A stretch of 11,494 nt of DNA from a virus (Duplodnaviria > Heunggongvirae > Uroviricota > Caudoviricetes). Below the pieces are notes generated by a model. That model searched no databases and was not told the origin of the DNA. It was given only the letters and a program-made list of their open reading frames with translations. Location of the stretch: IMG/VR virus record IMGVR_UViG_3300018488_000078. One strand, written 5' to 3'. Positions 1 to 6,613 of this stretch are shown in pieces (position 1 is the first letter of the stretch; every line of letters begins with the position of its first letter). Both the position numbers and the translations under genes were made by a program.

Positions 1-251
1 TCATAACGGAACGTGCCGGACTTGTAGAACGTCAGCGTGGTGCTGGTCTGGTCAGCATCAACCGCCAGAATGCCAACGGCAGTACCGTCGGTGGTGCCAT
101 CCCACGCAACCAGCTTACGGGTGGAGGTGTCCAGCATCAGCGGGGTCATTGCAGGCGCTTTCGCACTCAATCCGCCGGGCGCGGTTGCGGTATGAGCCGG
201 GTCACTGTTGCCCAGCGGCTGGTAATGGGTAAAGGTTTCTTTGCTCGTCAT
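1..251 (-). CDS. D: Head decoration protein gpD (lambda-type), N-terminal 83 codons; 3' end lies beyond the window start
   Basis: Minus strand from ATG at 249-251 translates [56 protein letters not shown]..., matching lambda gpD as I recall it nearly residue for residue. The start is 9 nt downstream of the C stop (261-263), as in lambda. Confidence 0.9.
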   Translation of the reverse strand, partial: MTSKETFTHYQPLGNSDPAHTATAPGGLSAKAPAMTPLMLDTSTRKLVAWDGTTDGTAVGILAVDADQTSTTLTFYKSGTFRY

Positions 252-260
252 AAACATCCC

Positions 261-656
261 TTACACTGGTGTGTTCAGCAAATCGTTAACGGCATCAGAT
301 GCCGGGTTACCTGCAGCCAGCGGTGCCGGTGCCCCCTGCATCAGACGATCCAGCGCAGTGTCACTGCGCGCCTGTGCACTCTGTGGTGCTGCGGCCAGAA
401 TGCGGCGGGCCGTTTCCACGGTCATACCGGGAGTTTCTGCCAGCACGCGGGCCTGTTCTTCGCGTCCGTGAGCCTCCTCACAGTTGAGGATCCCCATAAT
501 GCGGCTGTTTTCTGCCGCAACCGCAGCGGTGATCTGCGCGTTCACGTCCGGCTGCGCCGCGCTGGCGTTTTCGCCCTCCGTCGCTGGCACCACGTCAGTA
601 ACGTCAGCCTGCGAAGCAGTGGCTGAAACAGTTGTTGATTGAGTCTCTTTGGTCAT
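261..656 (-). CDS. nu3: Scaffolding protein Nu3, translated from an in-frame internal start within C
   Basis: ATG at 654-656 in the C frame, preceded by AGGAGG. Product MTKETQSTTVSATASQ... is the C-terminal 131 residues of C, the nested C/Nu3 arrangement known from lambda. Exact start not verifiable here. Confidence 0.65.
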   Translation of the reverse strand: MTKETQSTTVSATASQADVTDVVPATEGENASAAQPDVNAQITAAVAAENSRIMGILNCEEAHGREEQARVLAETPGMTVETARRILAAAPQSAQARSDTALDRLMQGAPAPLAAGNPASDAVNDLLNTPV

Positions 657-1580
657 TCGCCCTCCTGAGAGACGGGATTTACGTGCATCCAGTGCATCAC
701 GCATAACGGTGATCGCATCGGTGCTGTTGACAAGTTCATCAGCCAGTCCGGCATCAATGGCCTCCTGACCGCTGTACACTGCAGCCTCGGTATCCAGCAC
801 AGCCTGCACGGACAGGCCGGTATATGCCGACACCTTCTGCGCAAACATCCGGCGGGTTGCGTCCATCCGGGACTGCAGTGTCTCCCGGACGTCATCCGGA
901 AGATGGCTGTAGGGGTTGCCATCCACCTTATGGCTGCCGCTGTAAATCAGCGTGATTTCCACACCCTGTTTCTCCAGCGCAGCACCGTAATTACTGTGAG
1001 CCATCATGACGCCGATGGAGCCTGTCCGGGCGGTCTGCGTGACCAGACGCCGGGAGGCGGCACTAGCAAGCAACTGACCTGCACTGCAGTTCATGTCGTT
1101 GGCAAGCGCCCATACCGGTTTTATGTCACGCACACGGGCGATGATGTCAGCGCAGTCAAATGCCCCCGCCACCATCCCGCCGGGCGTGTCCATATCGAGC
1201 AGAATGCCGTCCACCATCGGGTCGCTGGCAGCCTGTTGCAGACGGGCGATAATGCCGTTGTAACCGGTCATCCCCGAATACGGCTGCAGCGCTCGCGTCC
1301 GACTGACCAGCGTGCCGGACACCGGCAGCACGGCGATGCCGTTCATGACCTGATAACTGCGGGCCTGTCGTGGTCCGTCATCATCAACGGATAACGCCAG
1401 CGCCGCGGGTGCCTCTCCGGCAGTCAGGCTGTCGCCGGATACCGCATCCGTCAGGCGGCTGATCCCAAGCTGGCCTGCAAGCGCACAAAAGAAAACCCGC
1501 GCATAGGCGGGTTCAAGCATCAGCGGCTCATTAAAGGCCATACTGGCAATATGCGGGAGATTACGCAGCTCTGCTGTCAC
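261..1580 (-). CDS. C: Capsid assembly protease gpC (S49/ClpP-like prohead protease), lambda-type
   Basis: 439-codon frame from GTG at 1578-1580 with GAGGAGGAG just upstream. Translation VTAELRNLPHIASMAFNEPLMLEPAYARVFF...DAVNDLLNTPV has the length and sequence I recall for lambda gpC. It overlaps the 3' end of the B frame by 20 nt, the lambda arrangement. The ORF-track extension up to 1715 is a read-through of the upstream frame and is not used. Confidence 0.9.
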   Translation of the reverse strand: MTAELRNLPHIASMAFNEPLMLEPAYARVFFCALAGQLGISRLTDAVSGDSLTAGEAPAALALSVDDDGPRQARSYQVMNGIAVLPVSGTLVSRTRALQPYSGMTGYNGIIARLQQAASDPMVDGILLDMDTPGGMVAGAFDCADIIARVRDIKPVWALANDMNCSAGQLLASAASRRLVTQTARTGSIGVMMAHSNYGAALEKQGVEITLIYSGSHKVDGNPYSHLPDDVRETLQSRMDATRRMFAQKVSAYTGLSVQAVLDTEAAVYSGQEAIDAGLADELVNSTDAITVMRDALDARKSRLSGGRMTKETQSTTVSATASQADVTDVVPATEGENASAAQPDVNAQITAAVAAENSRIMGILNCEEAHGREEQARVLAETPGMTVETARRILAAAPQSAQARSDTALDRLMQGAPAPLAAGNPASDAVNDLLNTPV

Positions 1581-2334
1581 TCTTCTCCTCCTCTGTTGAT
1601 TGTCGCAGCCCGGATTCAAATGCCGCAGCCGCCCAGGCGGGCGGTTTAAGACCGGCTGCACGGCGCTCCATCGTTTCACGGACCTGCTGGGCAAAAATTT
1701 CCTGATAGTCGTCACCGCGTTTTGCGCACTCTTTCTCGTAGGTACTCAGTCCGGCTTCTATCAGCATCACCGCTTCCTGTACTTCTTTCAGACCATCGAT
1801 GGCCATACGACCGGAGCCTATCCAGTCGCAGTTCCCCCAGGCACTTCGGGCTTCCTGAAAACTGAAGCGCGCTTTTGAAGGTAACGTCACCACGCGGCGA
1901 GCGATGGCCTCTTCCAGCCAGCACAGAAACATCTGGCTCGCCTGACGGGATGCGACGAATTTTCGCCGCCCCATAAAGTACGCCCACGACTCGTTCGCAC
2001 TGGCCCGTGCCGTGGAGTAGCTCATCTGGGCGTAATTCCGGGAAAGCTGCTCATACGAGACACCCAGTCCGGCAGCGATATACCGCAACAGTGACTGCTC
2101 AAACACGGAGTAGCCGTTATCCGTGTCCTGAGCCGTCTGCAGGTTCAGTGAGTCCCCCGGCATCAGGTGCGGCACTTTTGCGCCTCCCAGCCGGACCGGT
2201 GCTGCGGCGTAATACGCGGCAATTTCACCAATCCAGCCGGTCAGCCTTTCCCGCTGCTCCTGACTGTTCGCGCCCAGAATAAAATCCATCGCTGACTGCG
2301 TATCCAGCTCACTCTCAATGGTGGCGGCATACAT
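1561..2334 (-). pseudogene. B: Portal protein gpB, C-terminal 257 codons only; N-terminal half absent (truncated gene)
   Basis: Translation MYAATIESELDTQSAMDFILGANSQEQRERL...AFESGLRQSTEEEKSDSRAA matches the C-terminal part of lambda gpB as recalled; lambda B is roughly twice this length. Upstream of 2334 the frame runs only 11 more codons (ILFFSCLFIKA, AT-rich) before a stop at 2368-2370, then non-coding repeat DNA. Confidence 0.85.
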
Positions 2335-2469
2335 CGCCTTTATGAAAAGACAGGAAAAAATAAAATTTAAAAACAGTACATTACGAATGCTCAGACCTAT
2401 CGTTTAAAGGAGTCGCAATACACACTGCAATACACGATTATTTATAAGATGAGCGGCATCCGTCATAAA

Positions 2470-2708
2470 GCTGGTGGATGCTTTTTCTATGCATATATGC
2501 ACAGTTTTAGTGGGCGTTAATGTCGATATAGGGATCCCCATATCGAGATTGGATACCTGGCTTTTTTCCGGTTAACCTTTAATCAGGCTGGTGGGCTTTA
2601 CCTGTTTTGTATGAGTGGTCATCATGACCATGTCATAACAAAAACCCCATATTCGTGGTTTTTCTGTGTCGGGCTATTCTGTCGTTGCTGTGCTGATTTG
2701 GCTGGTGG
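2470..2708 (+). repeat. Cluster of three Chi octamers (5'-GCTGGTGG-3') at 2470-2477, 2587-2594 and 2701-2708, same strand, spaced 117 and 114 bp
   Basis: Octamers read directly from the sequence; the second and third share the 12-mer GGCTGGTGGGCT. They lie in non-coding DNA between ORF93 and the truncated B gene. Confidence 0.85.
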
Positions 2709-2763
2709 GCTGAATCATCATTACGGCGATGCAGCTATGTAGACGTTCCGGCCTCCTCAAATT

Positions 2764-2925
2764 GAGGATTGTGGAAGAATCAATGGGTTAGTCTTACTTT
2801 CCCGACATCCCCCAATGGGGGTTTTCGAAACAATCAATAGCTTAGGCTTACTTCCCCGATTTCCTGCATTGCAGGTTTTCGAAATAATCAATGGGTTAGG
2901 CCATCGTGCAATTTTGCACTTTGCC
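2764..2925. repeat. Three tandem units of about 54 bp, each carrying a perfect IHF consensus (WATCAANNNNTTR) at 2768-2780, 2822-2834 and 2876-2888
   Basis: AATCAATGGGTTA, AATCAATAGCTTA and AATCAATGGGTTA sit exactly 54 bp apart; units 2 and 3 also share GGTTTTCGAAA immediately upstream. A palindrome CCTCAAATTGAGG (2745-2757) precedes the array. Confidence 0.7.
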
Positions 2926-3149
2926 AGCCAGCGCAATGTCGCGTTATCAGTCCTCGGATGTGAGGGATGTAGCCAGCTTTTCCCCCAGTGGGGGATATCC
3001 AGCACCGACGGCTTAACTGTGCGTGCCAGCACAAGGTAGCCTTGAACTACTTACTGCATCCCATCTTACAGGCCGTGCCTTCCTGCTTAACTTTTTGCAA
3101 TGCAACAAGTCAGCCAGCGCAATTTTGCGTTATCGGGAATATCAGCAAG

Positions 3150-3431
3150 TTACCGCCGCAATCGTTCCGGCTTCTTCCACTGGTAAGTATTTTTCGCGCT
3201 CTCCCTCCGTTGTTGAGAACGGCGACGATATGCCAGCAACTCAAGGACTCTTGTTCGTATGTTGCGCATATCCACGCCGTTAAGCTCAATACCGTCACGG
3301 CGCATCACCTCAGCCACTACACGCACATAATTATCTGCGGTCACGCTGTCCGGCTGCGTGGCCTGTTCGTCATGCTGCTTGCTGATTCCACAAGCACGGC
3401 GGATTAATCGCAGTATTTCGGATTCAGTCAT
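3150..3431 (-). CDS. Hypothetical protein, 93 aa, in the position where a large terminase gene would follow the small terminase
   Basis: ATG at 3429-3431 starts 11 nt after the TerS stop; weak Shine-Dalgarno, so translation may be coupled. Product MTESEILRLIRRACGISKQHDEQATQPDSVTADNYV... has no recognisable domain by eye. It is far too short to be a large terminase. Confidence 0.45.
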   Translation of the reverse strand: MTESEILRLIRRACGISKQHDEQATQPDSVTADNYVRVVAEVMRRDGIELNGVDMRNIRTRVLELLAYRRRSQQRRESAKNTYQWKKPERLRR

Positions 3432-3442
3432 AGCGTACTACG

Positions 3443-3985
3443 TTACTTATCTTTATTCGGCTGCAACTTATCCGGTACGTTTCCGGCAGTTTCCATCAGA
3501 TAATCGGACAGCATCAGCGGTATGTTTTCGTCAAGTTTTGCGCATGCGTTACAGGCTCTGATAACTTCTTTTTTCAGTCCATCCAGCATAGACGGCTTCA
3601 TGTCGGGAAACTTCCTTGTCATGGCAAGCGGCAGGCTGTCCATGATTGAAGAAATCTGACTCGCCAATTTTGAAAGCACGTATATACAAAACGCTGTATC
3701 AATAACGTCGCCGCGTTCGCGCTCGTTTTTAAGCTCCTGCGCCTCTGCCTGTGCTGTCAGCAATCTGATCCTGACTCGTAGGAGTTCATCATCATCAATC
3801 TCGCCTTTGTCGTCTGTAATCTGGTTAATTGCATTGCTAACCCGATTGTCTATTACGCTGGCAACATCATAAAACGCCTCGCGGCCTTTACGTTCAACGG
3901 GAGTCACTCCCCACTTGTCGAACGCTGTCGCACTTACACGGCAGCTTTGCGCCATGTTTTTTTTGTTCATCAGGTGCGATTTCAT
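3443..3985 (-). CDS. Terminase small subunit, Nu1-like, with divergent N-terminal (DNA-binding) region
   Basis: C-terminal two thirds align by eye to lambda Nu1: RLLTAQAEAQELKNERERGDVIDTAFCIYVLSKLASQISSIMDSLPLAMTRKFPDMK versus lambda RLTRAQADAQELKNARDSAEVVETAFCTFVLSRIAGEIASILDGLPLSVQRRFPELE. The N-terminal ~70 residues differ. Start chosen at ATG 3983-3985 (GGGGA 6 nt upstream); GTG at 3995-3997 and ATGs at 3968-3970 and 3953-3955 are alternatives. Confidence 0.85.
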   Translation of the reverse strand: MKSHLMNKKNMAQSCRVSATAFDKWGVTPVERKGREAFYDVASVIDNRVSNAINQITDDKGEIDDDELLRVRIRLLTAQAEAQELKNERERGDVIDTAFCIYVLSKLASQISSIMDSLPLAMTRKFPDMKPSMLDGLKKEVIRACNACAKLDENIPLMLSDYLMETAGNVPDKLQPNKDK

Positions 3986-4096
3986 CAATATCCCCACTTA
4001 AGTAATGTTTCAGGTTGGTGTATTGGCTTTATCTTTTCCTTTTTATTCATAGAGATAGAGCGAACAACAAAACCACCACCAGCACCCGAAAAAGGC

Positions 4097-4160
4097 TCAT
4101 AAATAGCGAAAACCCGCGAGGTCGCCGCCCCGTAGCCTACCGGATCACCGGAAAGGACCC
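4097..4160 (-). other. Lambda-type cos site: cosQ-like segment (4141-4160) and cosN with 12-nt cohesive-end sequence GGGCGGCGACCT (4119-4130); cosB side divergent
   Basis: Minus strand reads GGGTCCTTTCCGGTGATCCGGTAGGCTACG-GGGCGGCGACCT-CGCGGGTTTTCGCTATTTATGA. The cohesive-end 12-mer and flanking cosN sequence match the lambda left end as I recall it, and the upstream segment matches the lambda right-end/cosQ region except for a few bases. Below 4097 the sequence departs from lambda cosB. Confidence 0.85.
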
Positions 4161-4186
4161 GCCAGCCAGAGCGGGCCCTAATTTCA

Positions 4187-4570
4187 TCAACCAATCAGCT
4201 TATAGCGACCATCCCGTGCATTGCGGCGTACACGCTCAATCTTGAGGCATAGCGCCGCATCTGGCTTTTTTGGGACAGGTACGCGGCAATATTCAGAAGC
4301 GCGAGGAATATTATTTATCCAGTCGATCACTTCACTTAAATACCAGGCCTTACGCCCTTCCGTAACCTGCACACGCTCCGGGAACTCTCCACTAGCCTCA
4401 AGGTTTAGCAGTGTACGACGACTCAGGGTTGTAATTTCCATCACCTGATTCATATCAACAAGGCGCTCGCTTAAACACATTTTGTCAGCGATAGCTTTTA
4501 ATTCCTCTACAGCTGGATTCGGGTACATCATTTCGGCAATTGGCTTAAGGTCATTGTAATCATTCTGCAT
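4187..4570 (-). CDS. AlpA-family (MerR-like HTH) DNA-binding regulator with ~40-residue N-terminal extension
   Basis: ATG 4568-4570 with GGGGGA upstream. Segment VMEITTLSRRTLLNLEASGEFPERVQVTEGRKAWYLSEVIDWINN fits the AlpA/prophage CP4-57 regulator HTH pattern. Stop at 4187-4189 lies 26 bp from cosQ. Confidence 0.65.
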   Translation of the reverse strand: MQNDYNDLKPIAEMMYPNPAVEELKAIADKMCLSERLVDMNQVMEITTLSRRTLLNLEASGEFPERVQVTEGRKAWYLSEVIDWINNIPRASEYCRVPVPKKPDAALCLKIERVRRNARDGRYKLIG

Positions 4571-4581
4571 TGTATCCCCCT

Positions 4582-4923
4582 TTACACACGAGCCAGCGGC
4601 TGAACAGAAATACCTGAGCCAACAAACGCTGCAACCTTTACTGACAGTTCTTTAACAGACTCAGGCCAGTTCAGAGCATCAACATTTAAGACACCTGTCT
4701 TATAGACCTGAGCCTGTGTTTTTTTCGCGGTGTCGATTTGTACAGCGGAAACATAAACCGCTTTACCTACGCTCGAACCATCCCATACCACCAGTGCACC
4801 TGTTGCATCTTCCTGCATCAGTGGCGTAAATGCAGGAATTACCCCTTTATTAGCTGAAAATATCCCCAGCGTAGTCACCAGTGCTTCAGTGCCAGCCATG
4901 AGTTCAGTGTAATGAGTAGCCAT
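4582..4923 (-). CDS. Head decoration protein, gpD-like, divergent from the lambda-type D at 1-251
   Basis: ATG 4921-4923 with GGGGGAG upstream. By-eye alignment to lambda gpD: PAFTPLMQEDATGALVVWDGSS...YKTGVLNVDALNWPES...AAFVGSGISV versus [22 protein letters not shown]...[16 protein letters not shown]...TAFAGTAISIV. Confidence 0.8.
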   Translation of the reverse strand: MATHYTELMAGTEALVTTLGIFSANKGVIPAFTPLMQEDATGALVVWDGSSVGKAVYVSAVQIDTAKKTQAQVYKTGVLNVDALNWPESVKELSVKVAAFVGSGISVQPLARV

Positions 4924-4932
4924 TGCTCCCCC

Positions 4933-5979
4933 TTAGCCAATGCGAACGGTAACAAAACGATTGATGCGGGCCGGTATTGGCTGTGGTGCTGAATGTGTCT
5001 GCACATATTCAATAGCCGGATCACCAGGCACAATATAGTTTTTCGGTGCAAGTTCGGCTTTAGTCAGCCCCATTCGGATTAGCTCCGGATCCTGAATACC
5101 GCCATAGGCGACAATCCCCTGAAGAGCCGTATTGCCAAGCACCATCAAATCAGGATCAAGGAAATGTTTTTCTGTTCCGTCCTCGTCGGTATAACGTCCG
5201 CTGTAAACAACAATCGCAACATCGCCCATATACCCTTTAAAACTCACCGAATCACCAAGGTCTTTAAGGGCCGTTTCCAGTTCGGAATTAGAACCACGAC
5301 GGGTATCCAAAGCCTCTTTTATCGCTCTGAATGAACGGTATTTCTTCCATACATTACCACCCATAATGATGATATTAGTGACGCCCTCACTAAATTCTGC
5401 GTAGCTCTCAATATCATCATTTGGATCAAAAGTTTCTTTATCCTTACCTGACCACTCAGTACCGCCAGACTGAGTGATGATATTTTGTGGTTTTATATTC
5501 CAGTCCAGCTCATAACGTTCAATACCATCGCCCTCAATGATATTTTTCCCCGTTGTGATTGCCTGAACAGCAAGCCATTCAATACGTGCACGAATAGCTT
5601 TAGCCTGATTTACAATCGCCTGTTTAACTTTAATATTACGCGCCCCAAAAGCATTGTATTGCTCAGGTGACACACCAGCAGGGCGCACAGCTAACTTATT
5701 TGGATCAATGCTGCTTTTCGGCTTCATATAACCTGGACGAATTGTTTTTGATTCGTATCCCTCATCTCGTGAAACTTTACTGCCCACCATAGGAGAGCAA
5801 AACGCCGCGATCGGGATATTTGGATCGTCGATCGTATCAAGAATAATGTCTCTCGATTCAAACATTACCGAGCGAGTGAAAAACAAACTGGTAAACAACG
5901 CATTTAATTTTTTTTGCACATCTTCAGCATTAGCCACCTGCACAAGCTGTGTAGGCGAATATAAATCAACCATACTCAT
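4933..5979 (-). CDS. Major capsid protein, lambda gpE family, divergent
   Basis: Shared blocks with lambda gpE as recalled: NIITQSGGTEWSGKDKETFDPNDDIESYAEF versus NITQSGGTEWSKRDKSTYDPTDDIEAYA, and LDTRRGSNSELETA in both. N-terminus MSMVDLYSPTQ parallels lambda MSMYTTAQ. ATG 5977-5979 abuts the GAGG motif, so the ATG at 5971-5973 (6-nt spacer) may be the real start. ORF-track extension to 6060 is not used. Confidence 0.85.
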   Translation of the reverse strand: MSMVDLYSPTQLVQVANAEDVQKKLNALFTSLFFTRSVMFESRDIILDTIDDPNIPIAAFCSPMVGSKVSRDEGYESKTIRPGYMKPKSSIDPNKLAVRPAGVSPEQYNAFGARNIKVKQAIVNQAKAIRARIEWLAVQAITTGKNIIEGDGIERYELDWNIKPQNIITQSGGTEWSGKDKETFDPNDDIESYAEFSEGVTNIIIMGGNVWKKYRSFRAIKEALDTRRGSNSELETALKDLGDSVSFKGYMGDVAIVVYSGRYTDEDGTEKHFLDPDLMVLGNTALQGIVAYGGIQDPELIRMGLTKAELAPKNYIVPGDPAIEYVQTHSAPQPIPARINRFVTVRIG

Positions 5980-6144
5980 CCTCTTTACATTCATTACAAA
6001 TAATTGTGAATATATTCTATTACCGATGTCTGCTATGCGAATACATGCAACCAAGTGCAATGTTGTATAAAATATGCCGTAACAACTTCAGTGCTGATAA
6101 TTCGTGTTAATGTATTTACTTCCTTTGGTCGGGATTTATGTAGC

Positions 6145-6184
6145 ATGCCGGAAAATCTATTTTTTTCCGGCATCTTTTTGTTTG
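6145..6184 (+). terminator. Stem-loop (11-bp arms ATGCCGGAAAA / TTTTCCGGCAT, 7-nt loop) followed by CTTTTTGTTTG; terminator-like on the plus strand only
   Basis: Read directly: arms 6145-6155 and 6163-6173, T-tract 6174-6184. On the minus strand the hairpin is not followed by a U-tract. No plus-strand gene is annotated upstream, so its role is unclear. Confidence 0.35.
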
Positions 6185-6190
6185 CAGAAT

Positions 6191-6613
6191 TTAAAACGGT
6201 ATATTATCGCCGTACGGATCATCATTCCCCGACTGTTGTTTTGCCCTGTTCAGTGCGTCAGTGGCCTGCCCCTGCTGGCCTTTTTTGCCGCCCGGTCGCG
6301 CCGTTCGCGCACTGATTACGCTGTCTGCGATAACCTGCCAGCCCCGCCGCGTTTCGCCGTTCTGGCCTGTCCACTGGCTTACCTGCATGTTACCCGCCAC
6401 GCTCACCAGTTCGCCTTTGTGGTGTTTTGCCAGTGCGTCGGCCTGTCTGCCAAACGCCAGGACGGATAACCACATCGTCGCCGTTCCGTCATCTGCCTGG
6501 CTGCACGGCAGGGGAACCGCCATACTCGCCATCGCCATTTGTGTCCCTTTGCTGGTGGTCTTTAACTGCGGGTCAGCCACCAGCCGCCCGTAAGCCGCTA
6601 TCTGTGCTGTCAT
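6191..6613 (-). CDS. ssb: Single-stranded DNA-binding protein (SSB) with acidic C-terminal tail ending DNIPF
   Basis: ATG 6611-6613 overlaps the upstream stop (ATGA). Glycine/glutamine-rich linker and C-terminal ...DDPYGDNIPF resemble the E. coli SSB tip ...DDDIPF. Confidence 0.8.
   Translation of the reverse strand: MTAQIAAYGRLVADPQLKTTSKGTQMAMASMAVPLPCSQADDGTATMWLSVLAFGRQADALAKHHKGELVSVAGNMQVSQWTGQNGETRRGWQVIADSVISARTARPGGKKGQQGQATDALNRAKQQSGNDDPYGDNIPF

Noticed and set aside
192-1394. Plus-strand ORFs 192-626, 241-471, 299-487 and 903-1394
   Set aside because: They lie antisense inside the gpC coding region, which has a clear lambda-type product on the minus strand; they are shadow frames of GC-rich coding DNA with no ribosome-binding sites.
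1600-2282. ORFs 1600-1878 (+), 1712-1987 (-) and 2007-2282 (+)
   Set aside because: All overlap the gpB C-terminal frame in other frames or strands; arginine-rich or low-complexity translations typical of out-of-frame reads.
2764-2925. Possible CRISPR array
   Set aside because: The repeat units are contiguous 54-bp tandem copies without unique spacers of regular length, and there are only three copies; the IHF-site content fits a protein-binding array better.
2757-3407. ORFs 2757-3032 (-), 2815-3039 (+), 2988-3407 (+), 3023-3283 (+) and 3110-3298 (-)
   Set aside because: They run across the tandem repeat region or overlap ORF93 out of frame; no ribosome-binding sites, and the translations are repeat-driven.
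5846-6593. Plus-strand ORFs 5846-6070, 6055-6315, 6104-6469 and 6261-6593
   Set aside because: They overlap the capsid gene start or the ssb gene on the opposite strand; hydrophobic, low-complexity translations; no independent support. A non-coding plus-strand transcript remains possible (see the hairpin finding).
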